From Gemmata obscuriglobus (GTDB lineage Bacteria; Planctomycetota; Planctomycetia; Gemmatales; Gemmataceae), in the NCBI RefSeq assembly GCF_008065095.1, contig NZ_CP042911.1, positions 7,920,001 to 7,952,000 of the forward strand: a stretch of 32,000 nt of DNA. The letters are read 5' to 3'. The translations under genes and the position numbers were made by a program. Each line of letters opens with the position of its first letter. Positions within the stretch are counted from its first letter, which is position 1. Under the pieces are notes generated by a model. It was given only the letters and a program-made list of their open reading frames with translations. It made no database searches and had not been told where the DNA came from. Shown here in pieces: positions 22,673 through 30,555 of the stretch.

Positions 22673-24085
22673 TCACACCGGCGGCAGCTCGAAGCCCTTG
22701 CGGTACTCCTTGCTCACGAGCTTCGTCGCGGGGGCCGAGTTGGTGAAGGCGAGCTTCGCCGCGTCCCAGTCGAGCTTCGTGCCGGCGAACCGCACCGCGA
22801 TGTTGCCGAGCAGCATCGCCTCCGTCAGCCGGCCCGCGTAGTCGAAGTTCGACGACGCCAGTTCCGGCTTGCCGGCCCTGATCGCCTCCGCCCACTCGCG
22901 CTTCATGTGGACGTCCTGGTCCCCGTCCACGCCCGCGGGCAGCTTCTCGGGCTTGGTGGTCTGGAGCCCGGTGAAGTCCTTCTCGGGCGTGATCCGGAAC
23001 TGCGCGCCGTAGTCGTTGGGCGAGAACAGGATTCCCTTCTCGCCGACGAGGATCGACCCGCTGTCGGCGAGCTTCTCGCCCTTCTTCAGCAGCTTCGCGA
23101 GCAGTTCGGCCGGCGGCAGCACGGTCTTGCCGTCCTTCTTCCCCTCGTACCAGTGGAGCGTACAGGCCGGCGCGTCCCCGCGTGCCGGGAACAGGTACTG
23201 AATGTGTGCCCAGGCCGGGAACGTTTCGGAATTGATCTCCGCGGCCTCAGCAGCAACCGCCACGGGCGCGTCGAGTTGCAGCGCGCGGAACGTCATGTTG
23301 GCGGTGTGGCACGCCATGTCGCCCAGCGCGCCGGTGCCGAAGTCCCAGTACCCGCGCCAGTCGTGCGGGTGGTACGCGGGCCGCGGCGCGAACGCCACGG
23401 CATAGGGCCGCATCGGCGCCGGGCCGATGAACTCGTCCCAGTGGACGTGCTTCGGGACGGGCGCCTCCTTCGGCCGCGCGACGATGTCGGGCGACTGCTT
23501 CCAGTACTGTGCCGGCCGGTTGGTCCACACGTGGGCCTCGCGGACGGCGCCGATGGTGCCGGCCCGGACCAGTTCGACCGCCCGGCGCAGCCCGTTGAGG
23601 GCCGAGCCCTGGTTGCCCATCTGGGTGCAGACCTTCGCCTTCGCGGCCAGCTCGCGCATCACGCGGGCCTCGTGGACCGTGTGCGTGAGCGGCTTCTGGC
23701 AGTACACGTGCTTGCCCAGCTTCATGGCCCGCATCGACGCCGGGGCGTGCGAGTGGTCCGCGGTGGACACCACCACGGCGTCGATGTCCTTCGCCATTTT
23801 GTCGAAGAGCACGCGGTAGTCGAAGAACTGCTTCGCGTCGGGCCACGTGCGGGCGCGTGTGGCGATCCGCTGGTCGTCGATGTCGCACAGCGCGACGACG
23901 TCCATGAACTTCCCGGCCTGCTCGATGTCGCCAGAGCCCTTACCGCCGACGCCGATCCCGGCGACGCGGATCTTGTCGCCCGCGCCCCAAACCCGGCGCA
24001 TTGACGCACTGGATGCGGTGAGCAGGTAACCGGCGGCGCCCGCGGTGCCGAGTTGCAGCGCGCGGCGGCGAGTGATACGGGACAT
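22673..24085 (-). CDS. Tat-exported Gfo/Idh/MocA family oxidoreductase
   Basis: ORF 22673..24487 trimmed to MSRITRRRALQLGTAGAAGYLL (twin-arginine signal). Rossmann motif IRVAGIGVGGKGSGDI is present. The body (KHVYCQKPLTH..., MGNQG...) is typical of planctomycete Gfo/Idh/MocA proteins. Confidence 0.85.
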   Translation of the reverse strand: MSRITRRRALQLGTAGAAGYLLTASSASMRRVWGAGDKIRVAGIGVGGKGSGDIEQAGKFMDVVALCDIDDQRIATRARTWPDAKQFFDYRVLFDKMAKDIDAVVVSTADHSHAPASMRAMKLGKHVYCQKPLTHTVHEARVMRELAAKAKVCTQMGNQGSALNGLRRAVELVRAGTIGAVREAHVWTNRPAQYWKQSPDIVARPKEAPVPKHVHWDEFIGPAPMRPYAVAFAPRPAYHPHDWRGYWDFGTGALGDMACHTANMTFRALQLDAPVAVAAEAAEINSETFPAWAHIQYLFPARGDAPACTLHWYEGKKDGKTVLPPAELLAKLLKKGEKLADSGSILVGEKGILFSPNDYGAQFRITPEKDFTGLQTTKPEKLPAGVDGDQDVHMKREWAEAIRAGKPELASSNFDYAGRLTEAMLLGNIAVRFAGTKLDWDAAKLAFTNSAPATKLVSKEYRKGFELPPV

Positions 24086-24253
24086 GGAAGCACTCCGGCG
24101 GAGAGAAAAGGGGTGCCGAGAGCGTAACCCGTCGCGCGCGCGATGTCTACAACGCGAATTCGGTAGTTGCGAACCCATTGGGCCTCTGGCCCGCCGAGGT
24201 AAGCGCCGAAAGATGTTTGGCGGACCTTCGCCACGCGACACGGACGCACATAC

Positions 24254-24600
24254 TGGAGGTCCCCACGAAAAGTGGACAGCTTTTAGCGGTGGGTTTTGAT
24301 GGGTGTTCGTACTCGTCCGGGGCAACGTGCCCCAGTGACGAGTGCCTTCGGACCCGGTCGTCGAGCGCTTCGGGGTACTCGAAGATGCTCGCCTGCGCGT
24401 CGTCGCGGGTGGCGTCGCCCTCGTCGCGAACCCGTTCCTTATTTCAGACCGGCGAAGGAGCTCTCCATTGCCGCACGATCCCAACACTGGCCCACGCCGC
24501 GCATGAGTTTGTAGCCGAGTAAGGGTGCGCTTCGAAATCGCCCGGCAGAGGCCGGCTACAGAATACGGCGTGGATACGGATCAGCCGGATTCGGTGCCCG
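24254..24600 (-). pseudogene. Relic of a second IS3-family element (transposase C-terminus plus terminal IR)
   Basis: My own minus-strand translation gives ...LGYKLMRGVGQCWDRAAMESSFAGLK*ERVRDEGDATRDDAQASIFEYPEALDDRVRRHSSLGHVAPDEYEH, with an in-frame stop. This compares with the IS3 consensus GNCxDNAxxESFFxxLK.E...YNxxRxHSSLGYxSPxxFE. The terminal sequence TGGAGGTCCCCACGAAAAGTGGACAGC at 24254-24280 resembles IS150-type IRs. The upstream boundary is approximate. Confidence 0.55.
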
Positions 24601-24621
24601 ATCGAGTTGCGCCCGGCGTGG

Positions 24622-26712
24622 CTACTGCCTCACCAGTTCTTTGACGAGCGGGGCGGCCGGGTACAGCTTGCGGAGCGCCTCCAGCACCGCCTTCGAGTGG
24701 ACGGCGATGTGCCGGGCCTGCACGTCGGTGTACACGAAGTTCCGCACCAGCCCGTGCCGGTTGCGGTCGAAGTTGATGCCGACCAGCTCGCCGGCGCGGT
24801 TCAGCACCGGGCTGCCCGAGTTCCCGCCGATCGTGTCCGCCGTCGAGACGAAGTTGAACGGCGTCTTCAGGTCGAGCTTGTCCTTGCCGTCAAGCCAGCG
24901 CTTCGGCAGGTCGAACGGCTCCGCGCCGCCGAGCTTCGCGGACTTCTCGAACGCCTCGCCGAAGGTGGTGTGGAAGTTCAGCTTCTCGCCGCCCACCTCG
25001 TACCCCTGCACGGTCCCGAACGCGAGCCGCAGGGTGAAGGTGGCGTCCGGGGCCACCGTGCTCCCGTAGGTCATGAACCGCACGGCGGCGAGCGCCGCGT
25101 ACGCCTGCCGCTCGGGCTCCTCCACCTCGTTCTCGTAGCGGGCGCGGAGCTTGCGCGCCTCGGCGTCGATCGCCCGGGCGAGCTGGATGAGGGGGTCTTT
25201 GCTCTCCGCGACTGCCTGGGCGCCGCCTTCGACCAGGCGCTTGCGCTCGGCCGGGGCGAACAGCTTCGTGCCGGCGGTCAGCTCCTCGGCCCGCGCCGCC
25301 GGGTTCTTGCCCGCGAGCGCGAGTTTCACGAGGTCGTGCTCCCCGCCCAGGTTCTCGGCCAGGAAGGTGAGCGACGCGGTGAGCTTCGCGCGCTCCAGCT
25401 CGGGGTACAGCGGCGCGGGGCTGAAGAGCTGGTACTTGAGCGACTCCAGGTTGCTGTCGCGGTACTCGCGGAGCCGGTCCGCCGACTTCTTCGGCAGCTC
25501 GTCGCCCATGCGCACGCAGTGCCGGGCGATGCCGAACAGCGGGCTGAAGAACGCGTGCCCGGTTTCGACCAGCGCGTGCGCCTTCTCGAACCCGCGCAGC
25601 TTCGCCTGCACCGCCTCGACCTTCGCCAGCGCGTTCATGGCGTCATCGAACGCCGACCGGCCCTTCGGTTCGGCGGCGCGGGCGGCCCCGAGGAGCAGGT
25701 CGCGCTCGGCCGCCTGCTTCTGTTCCATGATGTTGGGATCGAGCAGCCCCTGGAGCTGCCCGCTGAACGCCTTCCGGGCGTTCGCCACGCTGTGCAGGTC
25801 GGTGGCGGCCTGGCGGGCGCACTCGGGGCTCTGCTCGCCGTACTGCTTCAGCGCCGCTTCGAGGGTGCGCAACCGGTACAGCGTGTACGGGAGCAGTTCG
25901 TCGCGCCGGTGTTTCAGGCGGGCGAGCGTTTCGAGCCGCTGGGTCGTGCCCGGGTGCCCGGTGACGAACACCAGCTCGCCGCTTTGCGGTCCGACTTGGC
26001 TCCACTTGAGGAAGTGGGGCGTCTTCGCGGGCTGGCCGTTCTCGTAGGCGCGGAAGAACGTCACGTCGAGGTTCATCCGCGGGTACTCGAAGTTGTCCAC
26101 GTCGCCGCCGAAGCTCGCGATCTGCTTTTCCGGCGCGAACACGAGCCGCACGTCGGTGTACTTCTTGTAGCGGTAGAGGTGGTAGAGCCCGCCGTTGTAG
26201 AGCGTGACCACGTCCGACCGCAGGCCGGTTTTGTCGAGCGACTCCTTCTCGATGCGGCCCATCACCGCCCGGCGGGCCGCGAACGCCTCGGCCGCGGTCA
26301 TCTCCGGTTTGACCGCCGCGTTCACCTCCTTCGTCACGTCGGCGATGTCCTGGAGAACATTGATCTCCTGGTCCGGGCACTTCAGCTCTTTGTCGCGGGC
26401 GTCCGCGTAGAAGCCGTCCCGGAGCAGATCCCGGCCGGCCGCGCTCAGCTTCTGAAGCGAGTCGGCCGCGACGTGGTGGTTCGTCACGAACAGCCCGTCC
26501 GGCGACACGAACCCGCCGGACCCGCCGCTGTTGAGCCGCACCGACGCGAGCATCGCGTTCTTCAGCCACGGGTCGGTGAGGTCGAACTGGTGGCGCTCCT
26601 TGAGGAGCTGCCGGGGCGGGTCGTTGAGGAGCCACATCCCTTCGTCGGAATGCGCCATCGGGAACCATCCTCCCACAAGCACGAGAGCCAGCGCCGCGCG
26701 CGTGTATCGCAT
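24622..26712 (-). CDS. S46-family serine peptidase (DPP7/DPP11-like dipeptidyl-peptidase)
   Basis: The signal peptide is followed by DEGMWLLN. GGSGGFVSPDGLFVTNHHV carries the catalytic His context. The C-terminal TIGGNSGSPVLN carries the catalytic Ser. At 696 aa the size is typical. Confidence 0.85.
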   Translation of the reverse strand: MRYTRAALALVLVGGWFPMAHSDEGMWLLNDPPRQLLKERHQFDLTDPWLKNAMLASVRLNSGGSGGFVSPDGLFVTNHHVAADSLQKLSAAGRDLLRDGFYADARDKELKCPDQEINVLQDIADVTKEVNAAVKPEMTAAEAFAARRAVMGRIEKESLDKTGLRSDVVTLYNGGLYHLYRYKKYTDVRLVFAPEKQIASFGGDVDNFEYPRMNLDVTFFRAYENGQPAKTPHFLKWSQVGPQSGELVFVTGHPGTTQRLETLARLKHRRDELLPYTLYRLRTLEAALKQYGEQSPECARQAATDLHSVANARKAFSGQLQGLLDPNIMEQKQAAERDLLLGAARAAEPKGRSAFDDAMNALAKVEAVQAKLRGFEKAHALVETGHAFFSPLFGIARHCVRMGDELPKKSADRLREYRDSNLESLKYQLFSPAPLYPELERAKLTASLTFLAENLGGEHDLVKLALAGKNPAARAEELTAGTKLFAPAERKRLVEGGAQAVAESKDPLIQLARAIDAEARKLRARYENEVEEPERQAYAALAAVRFMTYGSTVAPDATFTLRLAFGTVQGYEVGGEKLNFHTTFGEAFEKSAKLGGAEPFDLPKRWLDGKDKLDLKTPFNFVSTADTIGGNSGSPVLNRAGELVGINFDRNRHGLVRNFVYTDVQARHIAVHSKAVLEALRKLYPAAPLVKELVRQ

Positions 26713-26904
26713 AACAAAAGCCGGGTTGGTTGAGCGGGGAGCGGGTCGGTCGCTTCACGTTTCCGGTCGGGGACCGGCTCGGTCGAGCTCCGGGCGACGT
26801 GTGTCGCCCGCGGCACCGCCCCGGAACCCGAAACCGGAAACGACCGGAACGCTCTCCGTTGTACCCGGGCGCGCCGGGCGCCGCCATCCGTTGTTCCGCG
26901 GCGC

Positions 26905-27426
26905 TCAGCCGTATTTCTGCTTGTGCTCGGTCTTGAGCCGTGTGTACTCGGGGTCGGCTTCGGCCTGCTTCCAGACGGTGTAGAACACCGCGGCGGCTTC
27001 GGCCTTCACCGGATCGTTCTTGTACGGCCGCACGCGCCCGTCGGCGCCGTACTTCCGGCCGCCCTTGTGGTTGGCGTACCGCCGCGCGCGGGTGTACCCC
27101 ATCTGGAGGAACTTGCGCGCCATGTCCATGCCGACAAAATCGCCCCGCCCCTTGTAACCGAGGAACAGCGCGTAGATCGCCCGCGACGACTCCTGGGCCA
27201 CGTCCGGCGTGGCGAACCGACAGTGCGGCAGGATCTCGCCCTTGTACGGCTCGACCAGCAGCACGCCCTCCTCGCCGCGCCCCACTTTATAAAGTTCCGG
27301 GTGGTCGCGGAAGTTGACCGTGCGGAAGTCGAGCGCGTAGTCGAACGTCGGGCTGCGGTGCGCGGCCGGGCGCTTCGGCTTCGTGTCCGAGCGCGGCGCG
27401 CGGCGGTTCGGAGATGCTTTCGCCAT
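26905..27426 (-). CDS. DUF4385 domain-containing protein
   Basis: ORF 26905..27459 trimmed to MAKASPNRR. YKVGRGEEGVLLVEPYKGEILPHCRFATPDVAQESSRAIYALFLGY...FVGMDMARKFLQMGYTRARRYANHKGGRKY matches my memory of the DUF4385 core. Confidence 0.7.
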   Translation of the reverse strand: MAKASPNRRAPRSDTKPKRPAAHRSPTFDYALDFRTVNFRDHPELYKVGRGEEGVLLVEPYKGEILPHCRFATPDVAQESSRAIYALFLGYKGRGDFVGMDMARKFLQMGYTRARRYANHKGGRKYGADGRVRPYKNDPVKAEAAAVFYTVWKQAEADPEYTRLKTEHKQKYG

Positions 27427-27601
27427 GTGACCCCTCCCGGTCGGGAGGATGCAGTTCATGTGCCGTCCGGCGCACGAGCGGGTCGCGCCGGACGGTGAAG
27501 CGCACCGTTCGGACCTGGAATTTGAACCGACGGATTTCTGTCCGCTCGGCGGCCCGGTCTGGCAGTATCACGGGATCGAGTTCCACTCGCTGGAGTGCGT
27601 C

Positions 27602-29485
27602 GTGACCCACATTACGCTCGCCCGCCTCATCCGCCCGGGACCGTGCGCCGCCGCGCCCGACGCCGACCTGCTCGCCAGATACGCCGGCGAGGGGGACGAG
27701 GCGGCGTTCGCCGAGTTGCTTAGCCGCCACGGTCCGATGGTCCGGTCCGTGGCCTATCGCGCTCTCCGGGACCGCCACGCGGCGGATGATGTCTTGCAGG
27801 CGGTGTTCCTGATTCTCACCCGTCAGGCCGAGCGGCTGACCCGTCCGGACCAACTCGCCGGGTGGTTGTTCGGGGTCAGCCGCCGGGTCGCGCTGCGGGC
27901 GGTGCGCGTGCGCCGGCAGCACCGAGCCGCGACCCTCCGCGCCGACCTCTCGGCCCCGGCCCCGTGCGATCCCGGGTGGAGCGACCTGTTGCGCGTGCTC
28001 GACGACGAACTCGCTCGATTACCCGAAGGCGAACGGGTGCCACTCGTGCTGTGCTACCTGGAAGGCCTCACCCAGGACGAAGCGGCGCGCGTCTGCGGGT
28101 GGAGCGTCCGAACGGTCCGGCGCCGGCTGGCGGCCGGGCGCGACCGGCTGCGCCTGCGTCTCGGCCGCCGGGGCGTCGAACTCGGGGCCGTTCTGACGGC
28201 CCTCGCGGTGGCTGCGAGCCCGGGCCGCTCGATGCCGCTCGAACTCGGGACCGGCCCCGTGACCGGTCGGGTTTCGGACCTGGTTCGGGCCGAACTCGGC
28301 TCGGGCCGGTGGGCCGCTGTCGTCGGGTTGGTCGCCGGGCTCACGGTCGCGGCTACCGTTGCAATCGGGGGCCTGGCGCCCGCCCGCCCCGAGGCGCCGC
28401 CCACGGCCCCCGCACCGCGCGTCGTCACGAACGCACCTGCCGATCCCGGTCTGCCATCCGGGGCTCTCGCCCGGCTCGGGTCGGTCCGGTTCCGGCACAC
28501 CGAACCGATCGAACTCCTCGCCGTTTCGCCGGACGGCGGGACCGTCTACGCCCGCGGCGGCGGTTGGCTGTCGGCGTGGGACGCGGGCGACGGCCGACGT
28601 TTGTTCCGGGTCGAAATCGGAGCGGACACCGGCGGCCGGTCGTTCGGGACGCTGTTCGCTGCCGCCGACGCCGTTCGGGGCATCAGAGCTGACGGTAACG
28701 GGCGTGAGGACAAGAGGTACTCGGTCGTCTCGTTCGACCCGCGAACGGGACGGGAACTGACGCGGGCGCCGGTCGCCGGGGGCGTGGCGGTCAGCCCGGA
28801 TGGGAGCCGCATCGTTCGTTGGGACGCGGGGGCAGCCGTGATCGAACCGACCGCACCCCGACCGATCTCCTACACGCTGTTCGATGTCGCGAGCAACAAG
28901 GAAATCGCCGTGCTGGGCCGCGGCCTGCGCCTCTCGGTCCAGTTCTCCGCCAACGGCCGCACCGTGGTGCTCGTCGATCACGGCGCGAGCTTCCGGGCGT
29001 TCGACGCCGCGACCGGGAAGCAAACCGGGGAGTTCCGGTTCGGCGGGGAGAACGGCCGGCAGATGACCACGATCCGGGCCTTGACCGAAGACACGCGGCT
29101 GACGGTTCCGACTCCGGACGGACGGGCGCTTGTGTTCTGGGGATTGGACGGGGAAAAGGCGGTGCTGAAGGTTTGGGACATCGGGGCGAAAACCGCGCGA
29201 ACGCTCGGCGACGGGGACGGGCCGTACGCCGAGGACTCGATCGCGATCAGCCCCGACGGCTCGCGGGTCGCCACGTTCCGGCGGCACGTCGGGTGGACGG
29301 TTCGGGACACCGCCACGGCGAAGGAAGTTGGCCGCATTCCCCAGCCCGGAACGAGCCAGCGGGCGGCGCTCAGCGCGGACGGCCGGACGCTGTACGCCAT
29401 CCGGGACCGGGATTCTGTCGTGACCGTTCTGGACGTGGCGAGCGGCCGCGCGATCGAACCGCGCCCGGACACGACAGGAGAATAG
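27602..29485 (+). CDS. ECF sigma factor fused to TM + beta-propeller; 5' fragment truncated by an IS insertion
   Basis: ORF 27449..29485. The start is uncertain and is placed at GTG 27602 (VTHITLARLIR), because 27449 would overlap the divergent DUF4385 gene. Region 2 has DDVLQAVFLILTRQ. Region 4 has LPEGERVPLVLCYLEGLTQDEAARVCGWSVRTVRRRL. The TM is WAAVVGLVAGLTVAATVAIGGLA. SPDG-type blades follow. The stop TAG is supplied by the first 3 nt of the IS. Confidence 0.8.
   Translation: MTHITLARLIRPGPCAAAPDADLLARYAGEGDEAAFAELLSRHGPMVRSVAYRALRDRHAADDVLQAVFLILTRQAERLTRPDQLAGWLFGVSRRVALRAVRVRRQHRAATLRADLSAPAPCDPGWSDLLRVLDDELARLPEGERVPLVLCYLEGLTQDEAARVCGWSVRTVRRRLAAGRDRLRLRLGRRGVELGAVLTALAVAASPGRSMPLELGTGPVTGRVSDLVRAELGSGRWAAVVGLVAGLTVAATVAIGGLAPARPEAPPTAPAPRVVTNAPADPGLPSGALARLGSVRFRHTEPIELLAVSPDGGTVYARGGGWLSAWDAGDGRRLFRVEIGADTGGRSFGTLFAAADAVRGIRADGNGREDKRYSVVSFDPRTGRELTRAPVAGGVAVSPDGSRIVRWDAGAAVIEPTAPRPISYTLFDVASNKEIAVLGRGLRLSVQFSANGRTVVLVDHGASFRAFDAATGKQTGEFRFGGENGRQMTTIRALTEDTRLTVPTPDGRALVFWGLDGEKAVLKVWDIGAKTARTLGDGDGPYAEDSIAISPDGSRVATFRRHVGWTVRDTATAKEVGRIPQPGTSQRAALSADGRTLYAIRDRDSVVTVLDVASGRAIEPRPDTTGE
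29478..29482. repeat. Target-site duplication GAGAA (left copy)
   Basis: An identical 5-mer directly flanks both IS termini. Confidence 0.8.
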
Positions 29486-29499
29486 GACTTACGTAGTTG
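29483..29499. repeat. IS terminal inverted repeat (contains the transposase stop codon)
   Basis: Direct comparison with the reverse complement of 30534-30550. Confidence 0.8.
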
Positions 29500-30484
29500 A
29501 CTTTTGGGTAAGTAGGTATGTAGGTGCGGCGAGGTAGGTTCGCACCGCTTCGCGCACGATGGCCGTCTTGGCCGCGAACCAACTGACGCCGGACTTGAGC
29601 CGGTGCCACTCGAGCCGCAGGAACGCGCGGATCGCGAGCCCGATGTGGACCGCTTGGGCCCGGCTCATGCGCACCTGGCACCGGTCCACGTGGCAATGCT
29701 GCTTGAGGCCCCGGTGATACTCCTCGATGCCCCACGCGTGCCCGGCCAGAACCGCACGAGTGGCCTCGTCCATGTCGAGGTCGTTGGTGATCCAATGCTC
29801 CGTGCCCCCATCACCGGTGGCGATCCGGAACGCCTTCACCAATCCGAACCCCTCCAGGTGCACCACCGTACCGGCGGCCCCGATCGGGCACCCCTCGATG
29901 GCCCGATTGCCCGTGCGATCCGGGTTCACCCGCCGGTTGCTCCGCACCCGGGTCAGGAAGTGCCACCCCAGGGCCCGCACCGCCTTCCGGTTGTCCTTGC
30001 CCGAGTACCAGGTGTCGAACAGTACCACCCGGGGCGACAGGTCCCGTCCCTTGGCGACCGCCAGCATGGCTCGGAAGTGGTCGTTCTTGGTCTCGGCTCG
30101 GGCCGGGTCGGCGAGCCGGTAATCACACGGTACCAGGGCGGCCCCGTCGGTCCACAGCAGGGTCACCAGCCCGATCCCGCTCACCACCCGGCGGTGCCGC
30201 CCGGACCAGCACCGGCGCACCAGCCCCATGTGCCGGGCGAACGGCTTGTCCAGCACCGAGTCGTCGAGCACCACGGCACCGCCCGGGCGGACCGACGACC
30301 GGGCTTCGTCCCACAACGCCGCTGGGTCCGGTTCCAGCCGGTGCAGCAGTCGGGTGAACGCATCATGCGCGGGCGCCGTCGGATGGTCCGGTTGGGCTCG
30401 CGCGGCTTCCGCGGCCGACGCCACCTTGGGGGTGGCGATCAGGAATTGGATGTAGTCCTCGGCGCTCGCACGTGGTGCGTTCAT
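29489..30484 (-). CDS. DDE transposase, IS701/DDE_5-like
   Basis: ORF 29489..30508 (ATG 30484, or GTG 30508). SAEDYIQFLIATP..., VLDDSVLDKPFARHMGLVRRCWSGRHRRVVSGIGLVTLLWTDG, VLFDTWYSGKDN and IEEYHRGLKQ match the IS701-type pattern as I remember it. Confidence 0.8.
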   Translation of the reverse strand: MNAPRASAEDYIQFLIATPKVASAAEAARAQPDHPTAPAHDAFTRLLHRLEPDPAALWDEARSSVRPGGAVVLDDSVLDKPFARHMGLVRRCWSGRHRRVVSGIGLVTLLWTDGAALVPCDYRLADPARAETKNDHFRAMLAVAKGRDLSPRVVLFDTWYSGKDNRKAVRALGWHFLTRVRSNRRVNPDRTGNRAIEGCPIGAAGTVVHLEGFGLVKAFRIATGDGGTEHWITNDLDMDEATRAVLAGHAWGIEEYHRGLKQHCHVDRCQVRMSRAQAVHIGLAIRAFLRLEWHRLKSGVSWFAAKTAIVREAVRTYLAAPTYLLTQKSTT

Positions 30485-30533
30485 GGCCCGATCATAGACC
30501 AACAACACACCATGCGCAAATCCTGCGCCAGCG

Positions 30534-30550
30534 CAACTGCGTAAGTCCTA
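30534..30550. repeat. IS terminal inverted repeat (transposase-start end)
   Basis: Direct comparison with 29483-29499. Confidence 0.8.
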
Positions 30551-30555
30551 GAGAA
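30551..30555. repeat. Target-site duplication GAGAA (right copy)
   Basis: An identical 5-mer directly flanks both IS termini. Confidence 0.8.

Larger units (their letters stand above)
29483..30550 (-). mobile_element. IS701-family (ISAba11-like) insertion sequence, 1068 bp
   Basis: The 17-bp terminal IRs are TAGGACTTACGTAGTTG and TAGGACTTACGCAGTTG (16/17). There is a 5-bp TSD and a single DDE transposase ORF. Removing the IS and one TSD copy restores the host reading frame. Confidence 0.8.

Noticed and set aside
24178-24522. 114-aa plus-strand ORF in the gap between the oxidoreductase and S46 genes.
   Set aside because: The opposite strand carries recognisable IS3 transposase C-terminal blocks, so this ORF is their antisense shadow.
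29500-29550. Three GTAGGT repeats just inside the IS701-like element end, as a separate regulatory repeat feature.
   Set aside because: They lie within the transposase coding sequence (the ...AAPTYLLTQKSTT* region) and may simply reflect codons. I mention them only under the IS finding.
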